Source: Candidatus Woesearchaeota archaeon
GTDB taxonomy: Archaea; Nanobdellota; Nanobdellia; Pacearchaeales; GW2011-AR1
Assembly (NCBI GenBank): GCA_964514585.1
Contig: CAZETU010000001.1
Coordinates: 225,309 to 289,308, forward strand
Length of the DNA: 64,000 nucleotides
Reading direction: 5' to 3'
Shown piece by piece: positions 9,573 through 19,494 of this stretch (positions are counted from its first letter, which is position 1; the number at the start of each line of letters is the position of its first letter). A program made the translations under genes and the position numbers. The notes below the pieces were generated by a model. That model had not been told where the DNA came from. It saw only the letters and a list, made by a program, of their open reading frames with translations, and did not search any database.

Positions 9573-9961
9573 CCTTTTTTCATATCTAAATATTTTCGAA
9601 TTAGTTTTTCAGTTCTCTTAGAAACCTTCGTCTTACTCCCAGGTTTCCAGTAAGAAATATGTTTTATTTCATGTCTTGGTCTTGATTTCCCCGAAGCCTT
9701 AACTAAAAAGACCTTTGCATGATTAACAATCCTTCTCCCTTTATTGTCATGCCATTGATATCCTTTATAACTAAAAAGATATTTCATACTCTTAGTCCAC
9801 AATCCAGTCTCTTCTCTTAATTCTCTCATTGTTGCTTTTTTTCTTGACTCACCTTTATCCGCTCCTCCCCCAGGCAAGGCAAACACCTCTCTTCTTCCAG
9901 CTACAACCAAAACCCCTTTTCTAGATTCAACAATCGCCACACCTTTTCTTCTTATTCTCAT
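9569..9961 (-). CDS. NUDIX hydrolase
   Basis: Nudix box GGGADKGESRKKATMRELREETGL. Confidence 0.92.
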   Translation of the reverse strand: MRIRRKGVAIVESRKGVLVVAGRREVFALPGGGADKGESRKKATMRELREETGLWTKSMKYLFSYKGYQWHDNKGRRIVNHAKVFLVKASGKSRPRHEIKHISYWKPGSKTKVSKRTEKLIRKYLDMKKG

Positions 9962-10510
9962 CTACCCCAGCTCCTCAAACCACTCCCTCATCATCTTCGG
10001 CATCCGCTTATACAACCAAGCATTAAACTTCACAAACTCCCGAGTCTCCATCGTCACATAATCAATAATCTTATCATAATCCCCATGCTTAAACCAAATC
10101 GGCACCATCATCCCATCACGATCCTTCCCAGTAATCTTATTCAACCCCGACCCCTTAAACTCACCACCCTTCATCAAAATCCCAATCACCCTCAAATCAA
10201 TAAACGGCTTCGACAAAATATCAATCTCAGCCAACCCATGAATCTCAGCCCGCCTCTTCAAAAAATTATGCTCGAAAGTCAAATTATACCCAACAGGCAC
10301 GAAACTAAAATCATAATCATCAAGAAAGCTGGTCTCTCTCAAAAATTTCTCAATAATATCTTTCTCACAACTCTCCCAAGACTTCAAAATCACCAACGGA
10401 CCAATAGCTTCCCCAGTCCCACGACTTAGTTCCTGATATTGAATCGTCACAATCTCATCAACATTCGGATTCAACCCCGTCGTCTCGATATCCAAATAAA
10501 AATTCCCCAT
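9962..10510 (-). CDS. RNase H-like DEDD 3'-5' exonuclease (YprB/DnaQ-like)
   Basis: YLDIETTGL, GYNLTFE and FIDL motifs; likely start MGNFYLD at 10510. Confidence 0.8.
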   Translation of the reverse strand: MGNFYLDIETTGLNPNVDEIVTIQYQELSRGTGEAIGPLVILKSWESCEKDIIEKFLRETSFLDDYDFSFVPVGYNLTFEHNFLKRRAEIHGLAEIDILSKPFIDLRVIGILMKGGEFKGSGLNKITGKDRDGMMVPIWFKHGDYDKIIDYVTMETREFVKFNAWLYKRMPKMMREWFEELG

Positions 10511-10577
10511 AAAACTATATACTAACCAACTATAAAAATTTAACAATATTTATAAACAACTTGTCCTATATCTACAC

Positions 10578-12491
10578 ATGAAAAAGACAGGGGTGATGAT
10601 AGTGCTATTCTTATTAGTATTCTCATTAGTCCCACTAATTCTCTCAGCAGAAAACGACACATGTGAAGCAAACGAAGATTGCGGAACTGGAGAAATATGC
10701 GACAACGAATTATGCATCATCGAAGACGACACAACAGATGACGATGACGAAACAGAATCCCAACAAGACCCAGAAAAAATTGACGAAGCCTTTCTTTGTC
10801 TAGAAGATAAGGCCGACGATTGTTCAGGGTTAACAACTCAAGAAATCGCACTAACAATACTAGCAACTCCAGACAACATATTCGACGACTGCGTAGAGGA
10901 ATTAATCGACAAAGAATCTTCAGATAACTGGGGAAACGTCCGAGACACCGCACTAGCAATCATAGCCCTAAAACACGCAGGTGAAGACACAACCGACTAC
11001 GAAGAATGGCTACTCGAACAAGAACAAACCCCAACAGAATTAATCTGGTACTTGCAAGAAGATTCAAACGAACAAACAGAATGCCACATCGGCTACGACG
11101 CAAAAGATTACCTAATAACAATAGGTGAAAACAAAAAGATCGACAAGAACGCTGGGTCATGTTTAACAAGAGCTCAATCAAACTTCTGGTTACAAATAAA
11201 CTCAAACTGCTTCGAAGAAGAATTCATAATCGAATGCGACAAAGATTTCATAGCAAACCTATTATACAGAAACCAAAAATCCTCAACAATATATGTATTA
11301 GAAGGAACTGAAAGCTCTCCAGCCTTCGGATCAATATCACTATCAGTAAAATCAAAATGCTTTGGAAAAAACTCATGTGAATATGAAGCAACAGCATGGG
11401 CAACACTAGCACTTTTATTAACCGGTCACAACGTCGAAGAATTCATACCATACGTAATCGCAATGTCCGACACAAACGAAGGATACCTACCAGAAGCATT
11501 CATCTACATGCTAACAAACTACGAAGATTATGCAAGCCAACTAGTCGCAAGCCAAAAATTAGGAAACTATTGGGAAGCCGAAAATTCTGCATACAACCGG
11601 CACTACGACACATCACTAGCATTACTTGCATTAGGCAGCTCATCCTCATCAGAACAAATCACAAAAGCACGAGACTGGCTGTTATTTTCACAAGGTTCCA
11701 ACGGTTGCTGGTCAAACTCAATAAAAGATACGGCAATGGCTTTATGGGCACTTGAAGGGCGAGCAGGACGAGCTTCATCAGGCGGCGGCGTAACATACTG
11801 TTCAGAAGCAGGTTATTTCTGTGTCCCAACATTCGAATGCCCAGCCTCAGAAGATGTAGGAAATAATTATTTCTGTGGTTCACTTTCAGACACATGCTGT
11901 ATGTCAGAAAACCTAAAAAGCTGTTCAGAATATGGCGGCTCACAATGTGAGTCAACTCAAGTCTGTGCAGGAAATTCCAGAAAATCAACAGATATAGAAA
12001 CATGTTGCACAGGAGAGTGTGTAGAAAAGCCAACAGAATCAGAGTGCGAAGAGAATTTCTACACATGTATGGACGAATGCTCAGAATTTCAAGAATCAAT
12101 ATCAACATATTCTTGCGACGGTGTTCAAGTTTGCTGTCGAACCAAAACTGAATCAGAACCTAGTTCATCTTGGTGGATTTGGATGCTAATTATTTTAATC
12201 TTAATAACACTAGGAGCAATAGGATATATTTACAGAGAAAAAATAAAGTTATGGTGGTTTCAATTTAGATCAAAGTTCAAAAAAGATAAAGGCAAAAAAG
12301 GCCCAGGCCCAAGACCAGGTATGCCACCAAGACCAGGCCCAGGCCCAAGACCAGGTATGCCACCACGACCTGGATTTCCTCCAGTAAGAAGGGCTCCTAC
12401 CCCAGTAGCTCAACAAAAAGGAAGACCTTACGACAGAAGAGATCCTCAAATGTCAGCAACATTCAAAAAACTCCGAGAAATGTCAAAGTAA
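10578..12491 (+). CDS. Membrane-anchored surface protein with alpha/alpha-toroid-like repeats, Cys-rich modules and Pro-rich tail
   Basis: Signal peptide; repeats DTALAIIAL/ATAWATLAL/DTSLALLAL and ARDWLLFSQGSNGCW; Cys-rich stretch; transmembrane WWIWMLIILIL; GPGPRPGMPPRP x2. Confidence 0.75.
   Translation: MKKTGVMIVLFLLVFSLVPLILSAENDTCEANEDCGTGEICDNELCIIEDDTTDDDDETESQQDPEKIDEAFLCLEDKADDCSGLTTQEIALTILATPDNIFDDCVEELIDKESSDNWGNVRDTALAIIALKHAGEDTTDYEEWLLEQEQTPTELIWYLQEDSNEQTECHIGYDAKDYLITIGENKKIDKNAGSCLTRAQSNFWLQINSNCFEEEFIIECDKDFIANLLYRNQKSSTIYVLEGTESSPAFGSISLSVKSKCFGKNSCEYEATAWATLALLLTGHNVEEFIPYVIAMSDTNEGYLPEAFIYMLTNYEDYASQLVASQKLGNYWEAENSAYNRHYDTSLALLALGSSSSSEQITKARDWLLFSQGSNGCWSNSIKDTAMALWALEGRAGRASSGGGVTYCSEAGYFCVPTFECPASEDVGNNYFCGSLSDTCCMSENLKSCSEYGGSQCESTQVCAGNSRKSTDIETCCTGECVEKPTESECEENFYTCMDECSEFQESISTYSCDGVQVCCRTKTESEPSSSWWIWMLIILILITLGAIGYIYREKIKLWWFQFRSKFKKDKGKKGPGPRPGMPPRPGPGPRPGMPPRPGFPPVRRAPTPVAQQKGRPYDRRDPQMSATFKKLREMSK
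12299..12370 (+). repeat. 36-bp in-frame tandem repeat x2 (GPGPRPGMPPRP)
   Basis: aggcccaggcccaagaccaggtatgccaccaagacc followed by a copy with one mismatch. Confidence 0.95.
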
Positions 12492-12538
12492 TTCTCCTCG
12501 GGCAAAGGATTTATTAATCCCGAAAACCTTTTCTCCAA

Positions 12539-13843
12539 ATGAGGTGCGTAGCAATTTTGTTATCAATATTTCTAATATCCATGGCATCAGCCCTTCCTTT
12601 ATTAGAATTCCAACACGAACAAACTCAACCAGGCGAAACAATTCTTGCAGCAATTACAACAACAGGAGAATTCTCAGAAGAAATAAGCAATGACCAGGTC
12701 AAATTCTACGAAGGCCGAAAAGAAATATTTTTAGAATCAGGCATAAAATTCTACGAAGACACTCATTACTTATATGTTTATACGACAAGAGAAGGAAACT
12801 TTTCAATGAAAATCTCAAATATATTATACACAGAGAAGGGCGAACTAAAATCAACAACAATCACAACACCTCTACTTATTCAAACAAACGAATTAACAGA
12901 CGACAACACTACCTACACTGAAATCCTATCAATAAAACCAGGAGTAGTAATAGCAAACCCAGAAGCAAAAGTAAAACTAATAAACAAAGGAACCTCCCCT
13001 ATAGACGTAACTTACGACGAAAACGAAATAACGATACAGCCACTCCACACAGAAGAAATAATAACATATCCACAAAAAATATTCTCCGAACTAAAAATTT
13101 CAACATACAAAGATTTTACAGTTTCAATAATATACCCAACATTTAACTCAAGCCTAAATGAAACACCATTTATAGAAGAAAAATTCGATCTTAAACACGA
13201 CCCAGACTTACTTTTTGCAGAGTTAATCGTAGATAACGACACAACAGAAACAATTCAACTTTTCAACTTCGGAAACGAATCAATAACAAATATGGTGTTC
13301 GTAACAGATATAGACTTCATAGAAATCAAAACAATAGAAAACATGACAGGAAAAGAAATCCACAACCTATCACTCTCATTCTCACCAAACTATCCAGGCC
13401 ACATCCAAGGCGACATCAATATAACATACACACAATACGATGAAGAAAAAACAATCTCAATTCCACTCAGTATATTCGTCCTACCAAAAGGAAGCACAGT
13501 AGAAGACTTCAACGTCACCGAAGAAACTTGTTCCGACCAATTCGGAATAGTCTGTGCAGATAGTGAAGTCTGCGACGGCAAAGCAATCTTCACCAAAAAG
13601 CAAGACTCAATAGACCGAGAATATTGTTGCCTAGGAAGTTGCCTTCCAATAGAAACAGACGAACCAGGAAGCGGCGGTTGGGGTTGGCTAATTGGACTAG
13701 TCATTTTAATAATTCTAGGAGCAGGTGGATTTTACTTCTACAAAAAATCAAAAGGGATCAAGCAAAAAACTCCAGATCAACAAATCAAAGAAACTACAGA
13801 CAAATATTCGAAAAGATTAACTGGCGGACTAGAGCGAGGATAA
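12539..13843 (+). CDS. Membrane-anchored surface protein (Ig-like beta regions, Cys module, C-terminal TM)
   Basis: Signal peptide; CSDQFGIVC...CCLGSC; transmembrane WGWLIGLVILIILGAGGFYFY. Confidence 0.7.
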   Translation: MRCVAILLSIFLISMASALPLLEFQHEQTQPGETILAAITTTGEFSEEISNDQVKFYEGRKEIFLESGIKFYEDTHYLYVYTTREGNFSMKISNILYTEKGELKSTTITTPLLIQTNELTDDNTTYTEILSIKPGVVIANPEAKVKLINKGTSPIDVTYDENEITIQPLHTEEIITYPQKIFSELKISTYKDFTVSIIYPTFNSSLNETPFIEEKFDLKHDPDLLFAELIVDNDTTETIQLFNFGNESITNMVFVTDIDFIEIKTIENMTGKEIHNLSLSFSPNYPGHIQGDINITYTQYDEEKTISIPLSIFVLPKGSTVEDFNVTEETCSDQFGIVCADSEVCDGKAIFTKKQDSIDREYCCLGSCLPIETDEPGSGGWGWLIGLVILIILGAGGFYFYKKSKGIKQKTPDQQIKETTDKYSKRLTGGLERG

Positions 13844-14320
13844 TTATTTCTTTTTCTTTTTGCTAGTAACCTTCTTCTTAGCAACCTTCTTCGGCTTCTC
13901 TTTCTCCTCTAACTTCTTCTGAGCTTCTTGCAACTGCGCATTAAGCTGATTAATCTTAATGTTAGCAATCTTTGCAATCTCATCATAACGATGCATTCGT
14001 CCAGAAATATTATTCAACAAAGCAGTAGCTTCAACCATATCCATCGTAACCTTCCCAGGCTCAATCACCTCAACCGAACTCGGCATAAAATCAAACATCG
14101 TCTCAGCCAACCGACCAAAATTAGGCGTCTCAAAATCAGCCTCGGCAAAACAAGTAAACATATCCCTATGTCCCTCAATCTCCTTAGGCTCACTAAGCTT
14201 AATCGAATGAACCTCTATATCATTAACCTGATTCAAAATCCCAATATGTTGCGACAAAGCCTCTTTCAAATGACTCGCAGGCCGCCCCGCAATCTCAACA
14301 ATCATAATAGCTCTTACCAT
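13844..14320 (-). CDS. Conserved-looking archaeal hypothetical protein with coiled-coil/Lys-rich tail
   Basis: IVEIAGRP...FDFMPSSVEVIEP; full-length ORF with genome-typical codon usage. Confidence 0.65.
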   Translation of the reverse strand: MVRAIMIVEIAGRPASHLKEALSQHIGILNQVNDIEVHSIKLSEPKEIEGHRDMFTCFAEADFETPNFGRLAETMFDFMPSSVEVIEPGKVTMDMVEATALLNNISGRMHRYDEIAKIANIKINQLNAQLQEAQKKLEEKEKPKKVAKKKVTSKKKKK

Positions 14321-14344
14321 GAATCGATAAACCCAATTCCCCTT

Positions 14345-14944
14345 TTAACCTTTTCCCCAAATCAAAACCGCAACGACAAAAATCATGAACAAAGAAAAAA
14401 CATAAGGCAAATAATCAAGAGCCTTAGAATCCCTAGACTCAAAAACAACAACCTCATCCTTACTTTCACCACCAAAATCAACAACCTCCGGCTCCCAAGA
14501 TTTCTTCAAAACAATCACTTCGTCATACTCTTCAATCTCAACAACCTCCTCCAAAACCCCTACTTCCTCTTCCTCAGCCTCCTCAACTTCAATCTCAATC
14601 TCAAAAAACTCCCGCTTATCACCCTGCCTCAATTTCACAAACCCATCAAAATTCCCATCATCAGAAACCTTCAATAAAACATCTTCTTCATCCCCACTCT
14701 CAACAAATTCCTTCAAATAATAATACCCAGACTTCCACTCATCCTCATCCTCATCCCAAATCTTCAAAACAGAATCCCGCTCCTCATCCAACTCAACCTT
14801 AACGTCATAAACCCCATCACCATCAAAAACCTCCAACGAACACTCAAACTCTTCATCGACAAAAATTTCATCAGGACAATCAAAATCAATATCAACCGCA
14901 GAAACAAAAGAAATCATCAATAGAAAAAGTAATAGATATTTCAT
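14345..14944 (-). CDS. Acidic membrane-anchored exported protein
   Basis: Signal peptide, very Glu/Asp-rich, C-terminal transmembrane segment. Confidence 0.7.
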   Translation of the reverse strand: MKYLLLFLLMISFVSAVDIDFDCPDEIFVDEEFECSLEVFDGDGVYDVKVELDEERDSVLKIWDEDEDEWKSGYYYLKEFVESGDEEDVLLKVSDDGNFDGFVKLRQGDKREFFEIEIEVEEAEEEEVGVLEEVVEIEEYDEVIVLKKSWEPEVVDFGGESKDEVVVFESRDSKALDYLPYVFSLFMIFVVAVLIWGKG

Positions 14945-15061
14945 ATAAAATACATAATATCAAAGCATATAAATTATCCGAAATCAATTTTACATACCAA
15001 CAAATAGAAAAACAAATATTCCAGCAAAACATTTATATACTACTATTAAGTTAATACAATT

Positions 15062-15415
15062 ATGGCAAGTGATAATGATACACTTAGAAAGCTCGAAACT
15101 TTAGAAAGCTTGGAAAGCGTACCTGTTGGTAGTGAAGTTGTACTTGTACACAGAAATGGGCGTCCCGGGAATTCTTTTACAGTTCATGGTAATTTTGAAG
15201 GTGTAGATACGAGAGTAGGTGCATATGTGGATGTTACAAATCATTTAGATCTACCCATCGAGCTAAACTTTGATCCAGCATACCCCGGGAAGCTTTTAAC
15301 TTTTTTAAGAGGATTTCAAGACCCAAGATTTGAAAGAAAATCCGAATCCACGGGCTATAACCACTTTGCAAATCCCGGACCCAGATATGAAGCTTATCAA
15401 GTTGTCGAAAAATAA
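15062..15415 (+). CDS. Hypothetical protein
   Basis: 117-aa ORF with an upstream TATA-like tttatata; no motif recognised. Confidence 0.6.
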   Translation: MASDNDTLRKLETLESLESVPVGSEVVLVHRNGRPGNSFTVHGNFEGVDTRVGAYVDVTNHLDLPIELNFDPAYPGKLLTFLRGFQDPRFERKSESTGYNHFANPGPRYEAYQVVEK

Positions 15416-15485
15416 ATTTTTTATCACTAATCCCTCATTCGTTCTTCAATGCCCCAAAAATTAACATACTCAATCTAAAGCCATC

Positions 15486-15815
15486 TTAATACATCAAAGT
15501 CCCAATAAGAACAGTCATATTAGTAATAAATCCAAGCGAGTACGCAATGGCAATAGGTTTATCCTTATGAACAATACCGTAAATGAACCAAGGAATATTA
15601 AACAAAGCATAAAGCCCCCAAGACAAACCCGACACTCCCATAGCGCTCTTATAAATAAAAATCTGTAAAATCTGAGGCAACGCAATCAACGGACCAATCA
15701 CAGCAATAACAACCAAAAACCTATCTAAAAACCGAACCCACTTATTTTCATGCGGATATATCTCCAACTTTTTATGCACTCTCTTCCTTTTATGCATATG
15801 ATGAATACCATTCAT
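15486..15815 (-). CDS. SemiSWEET/PQ-loop family transporter
   Basis: IALPQILQIF..KSAMGVSGLSW; three transmembrane helices; likely start MNGIHH. Confidence 0.8.
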   Translation of the reverse strand: MNGIHHMHKRKRVHKKLEIYPHENKWVRFLDRFLVVIAVIGPLIALPQILQIFIYKSAMGVSGLSWGLYALFNIPWFIYGIVHKDKPIAIAYSLGFITNMTVLIGTLMY

Positions 15816-15925
15816 AGAAATCCCTAACAAACTTTCTTTAAATAATCTCCCTACTACATCCGCCCCCAATCTAAACAGTAGAAATATCTACAATCATAAA
15901 CAAAAGCAAAATCTCCAATTAGCTT

Positions 15926-16879
15926 TTATTTTAATTTTTGACATTCCTTTAAAATTTTCTCTGATAATTTCAATTTATCTTTAATCATATTTTCATTAAT
16001 TTTATCAATCCCCAAAACTTTCAAAAGAATTTTTTTAAGTTCAGTTCTCTCGCTTTTTATTATCTTTTTATCAAAAGCCCACGTTACTAAACATCCCACA
16101 ATAAATCTATATGCAAAAACAAAAGGATAATTTTCAAAAGTTTTTCTTAATCCCTCTATATTATACCTAATTTTTATCTTATCAAAAAAACCAAAGTTTT
16201 CGCAGCTTGGATTTTCAGACTTTTTTATTTTATTCATTAGAAGATATGCTTTTTTAAAATCCCTTAAAATCTGTTTTTCATTTTCATTTTCAAAAGTATA
16301 CAATCTTTCAATATTCTCATAGGTTTTAATTTTATATTTCCTATCAATTTTCTTCAAACTTGTCAATAATCTAAAAGTTGGAAAGGGAAAATTAAACCTT
16401 GGAGGCAAAGTGTGCATTAAAATAAATGCAGGGCTTTCGAGTCCATACAAATGATGAAAAGATTTTTCATAATCTTTATTCCTAAAAGATTTTTCTGCTG
16501 ATTTCTGGTACTTTTTTGATTCTTCTAATTCATTATTAAATCTCTTTTTTGCCACTTTTTCATTAAACTTACTTTTCTTTATCTTACCTGTCTTGTCGTA
16601 AAGAATTTTTTCCTCTGGCAAAATATTTTCATTATTCAAATTTTCTATTTCAAAATAATGTTCTTCAATATATTTTCCTCCAAACCTATAAAACCTTCTT
16701 GGGTTTTTTGGCATATCTTTTTTCTTAACATAAAAAACTATATCAATATCACTATGTTCAGTTTCGTCTCTTCTAGCAACACTTCCTCCAAGAATGATTG
16801 CTTGAATAAAACCTTCATTAATCTTTTTATCAACTAAGGCATTGACAACCTCTACAAATTCTTCATGTATTTTTCTCAT
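15926..16879 (-). CDS. Pol-beta-fold nucleotidyltransferase fused to a helical C-terminal domain
   Basis: GGSVARRDETEHSDIDIV is the GS..DxD motif. Confidence 0.75.
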   Translation of the reverse strand: MRKIHEEFVEVVNALVDKKINEGFIQAIILGGSVARRDETEHSDIDIVFYVKKKDMPKNPRRFYRFGGKYIEEHYFEIENLNNENILPEEKILYDKTGKIKKSKFNEKVAKKRFNNELEESKKYQKSAEKSFRNKDYEKSFHHLYGLESPAFILMHTLPPRFNFPFPTFRLLTSLKKIDRKYKIKTYENIERLYTFENENEKQILRDFKKAYLLMNKIKKSENPSCENFGFFDKIKIRYNIEGLRKTFENYPFVFAYRFIVGCLVTWAFDKKIIKSERTELKKILLKVLGIDKINENMIKDKLKLSEKILKECQKLK

Positions 16880-17382
16880 CGCATTCGCCCCTCAATCTCC
16901 CCAAAATCAATATACTCAACCCGCACCCGATTCTTCTCCTTCTCCTTAGACGCAACCAAAATCTCCGAAAAAATCCCACGATCCAAATACCATTTACATT
17001 TCTCCTTCTCAATCCTAGACAAAGTTCCATTCATCTTAACCTCAACCCCAATCACCTTATACAAATCCCCTCGCTTTTCAAAGCAAACAAAATCAGGAAA
17101 CCCAGTCCCAATCGTCATCACCCCCATATTATTTCTAAACTTCCTAAAAAGCCTCTTACACGGCACCAACTTATCCTCGTCAATATCAATATTATTAGAC
17201 CACTTATCAACAACCCAACCTTTCTCCTCCAAATCCTTTCGAACCCTAAGCTCGAACGCCCCACCGGCAGCCTTACTCTTCGCCCCCCGTTTCATATCAG
17301 ACTTCTTCTTCAACTTAACAGTCCCATCATCCAACACAACCGGCTTATACTCAACCTCTTCCTCCTGACTCTTCAACTCCAT
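16876..17382 (-). CDS. Hjc-like PD-(D/E)XK nuclease / Holliday junction resolvase
   Basis: FELRVRKDLEEKGWVV...FPDFVCF...VEVK; start 17382 is preferred over 17439. Confidence 0.7.
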   Translation of the reverse strand: MELKSQEEEVEYKPVVLDDGTVKLKKKSDMKRGAKSKAAGGAFELRVRKDLEEKGWVVDKWSNNIDIDEDKLVPCKRLFRKFRNNMGVMTIGTGFPDFVCFEKRGDLYKVIGVEVKMNGTLSRIEKEKCKWYLDRGIFSEILVASKEKEKNRVRVEYIDFGEIEGRMR

Positions 17383-17454
17383 ACCAACACCAACAAACCA
17401 AGAATTATAAAACTTTATATAATCCCCAAATTTTAACATATCAGGAGATCATAA

Positions 17455-18687
17455 ATGTTAGGAATCCAAATTTTAATTCTATTAGTACTACTCTTCTTGT
17501 CAGCATTTTTCTCAGGCATTGAAACAGCGCTAATGTCAATTAACCAAATAAAAGTAAAATCTCTAGTTAAACAAGGCAAAAAAGGAGCATCAGTCCTACA
17601 CAGAATAAAACAAAGCCCCCACAAACTAATAATCACCATACTCATCGGAAACAACCTAGTCAACATTGGGGCAGCTTCCCTGGCAACAGTTCTGTTCATG
17701 GACTTATTCGGCTCAGCAGGAATAGGAATCGCAACAGGCGTAATGACTTTCTTAATCTTGGTCTTCGGAGAAATCACACCAAAAACTTTTGCAGCACAAA
17801 ACTCAGAAAAAATTTCCCTAATAGTCGCACGCCCAGTCGAAATACTCTCAATTATACTTTCACCATTCGTCTGGTTCTTCGAAAAAATATCAAAAATGAT
17901 GTCAAGTCTATTGAACTCTGAAGAAGACGGCGGACTTTCAGAAAGCGAACTAGAGACCGTCGTTACAATGGGAAGAAAAGAAGGACTCCTTGAAAAAGAA
18001 GCAGCAGAAATAATGCACAACGTTCTAAAGTTCGGCGGAACAGTCGCAAAAGAAATCATGACACCAAGAGTCGAAATGGTAATGATCGACGGAAATAAAA
18101 AAATAAGCGAAGCTCTAGATCTAATTGTAAAAACGCCATACTCAAGATACCCAGTTTACATCAAAGAAAACCAAATCGAAGGAATCTTAGACATCGACGA
18201 CGTCCTGAAACAAGTAAGAGATAAAAAACTCGGCAAAAAAGTAAAAGAACTCCTAAGGCCAATATTATTCATCCCAGAAACAAAAGAAATAGACGACCTC
18301 TTAACAGAATTCGAAGGCAAAGAAGTCCCAATGGCAGTTGTGGTAGACGAATACGGCGGAATCGAAGGACTAGTAACAGTTGAAGACATCCTTGAAGAAA
18401 TAGTCGGAGATATATTCGACAAAAGCAAAGCAAAAAATCTCTACTTCAAAAAACTAAAAGAAAATATCATAAAGGTAGATGCGAAAGCACCAGTCGATGA
18501 GCTAAACAAAATTCTAAAATTAGGAATCAGGGGAGAACACTTCAACACAATCGGAGGCTATATTCAACACAGACTCCAAAGAATTCCTCATCAAGGAGAA
18601 AGAATAAAATTACGAAACGCAGTAATTGAGGTCGGAGAAGTAACAAATCAAAGAATCAAAAACGTAAAGATAATCAAAAACATCTAA
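17455..18687 (+). CDS. CNNM/CorC (HlyC-like) protein: DUF21 + CBS pair + CorC domain
   Basis: SAFFSGIETAL, ITILIGNNLVNI, FGEITPK, EIMTPR and VVDEYGGIEGLVTVEDILEEIVG. Confidence 0.95.
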   Translation: MLGIQILILLVLLFLSAFFSGIETALMSINQIKVKSLVKQGKKGASVLHRIKQSPHKLIITILIGNNLVNIGAASLATVLFMDLFGSAGIGIATGVMTFLILVFGEITPKTFAAQNSEKISLIVARPVEILSIILSPFVWFFEKISKMMSSLLNSEEDGGLSESELETVVTMGRKEGLLEKEAAEIMHNVLKFGGTVAKEIMTPRVEMVMIDGNKKISEALDLIVKTPYSRYPVYIKENQIEGILDIDDVLKQVRDKKLGKKVKELLRPILFIPETKEIDDLLTEFEGKEVPMAVVVDEYGGIEGLVTVEDILEEIVGDIFDKSKAKNLYFKKLKENIIKVDAKAPVDELNKILKLGIRGEHFNTIGGYIQHRLQRIPHQGERIKLRNAVIEVGEVTNQRIKNVKIIKNI

Positions 18688-18848
18688 AGATCTCTTGCGT
18701 ACACAGTTCGTCGCCCATTTGCCTTCGCCCGTTCAACTGCTTTCTTTAGCGCCTCATCAGTCTTCTTTTCAAGCGCCATCGCCAAATCCTCGCCCAAATT
18801 CAAACCTTCCAAGTTCTCCCGAATATTACTTTTTACAATCAATCCCAT
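18684..18848 (-). CDS. Minimal histone-fold protein (54 aa; short alpha3, DUF1931/face-to-face-like)
   Basis: Not in the ORF track. Manual translation: MGLIVKSNIRENLEGLNLGEDLAMALEKKTDEALKKAVERAKANGRRTVYARDL; the ERAKANGRRTVYARD segment is the histone L2/alpha3 signature. Confidence 0.88.
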   Translation of the reverse strand: MGLIVKSNIRENLEGLNLGEDLAMALEKKTDEALKKAVERAKANGRRTVYARDL

Positions 18849-19494
18849 CTTTCTTTATCTCGCATTTAGTTCCACCATTAGTCGGCCTAAGAGCATTAAA
18901 CAAATAATAAACATAAAATCCACCGACAATCGCAATCGTCGTCCAAAGAACAAAACTCTCCATTTCCTTAACACCAGTAAAATTTCCACCAAACATATAT
19001 CCAATAAACAAAAACATAACAACCCACAAAATACTCCCAATAATATTAAAAAATAAAAACTTAGAAAACTTAACTCTTTCAGTCCCGACGATAAAAGGCG
19101 CAATAGAACGAGTCACAGGATTAAGCCTACCAAAAACTAGCGCTTTCCCCGGATGACCATGAACTACAGAACCAACTCTCTCAAGCGTTGCCTTCCTCAC
19201 AAATAACTTATTAGCAAATCTATGAAAAAAGTCCTTCTTCACAAACCTCCCAAAACAATAACTAAAAGTATCAATTGAAATTGAAGCAACAATCGCAACC
19301 ACCGCAACTTTCCACAAAACAAAAAATTCAAACCGAGCCAAAACTCCAGCTAGCAAAAGAACAATAGTACCCCCAGGAATAAAAGCCCCAATAAACGGAG
19401 TCGACTCAATAAAAAGCGCAAGAAAAACTATCAAATATCCCCAAAAAGCAAAAAAGCTCCGATTCATTCCAAGCAACGTTTCAACAAACACCAT
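18826..19494 (-). CDS. DedA family membrane protein
   Basis: FIESTPFIGAFIPGGT; LVFGRLNPVTRSIAPFIVG. Confidence 0.9.
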   Translation of the reverse strand: MVFVETLLGMNRSFFAFWGYLIVFLALFIESTPFIGAFIPGGTIVLLLAGVLARFEFFVLWKVAVVAIVASISIDTFSYCFGRFVKKDFFHRFANKLFVRKATLERVGSVVHGHPGKALVFGRLNPVTRSIAPFIVGTERVKFSKFLFFNIIGSILWVVMFLFIGYMFGGNFTGVKEMESFVLWTTIAIVGGFYVYYLFNALRPTNGGTKCEIKKDGIDCKK

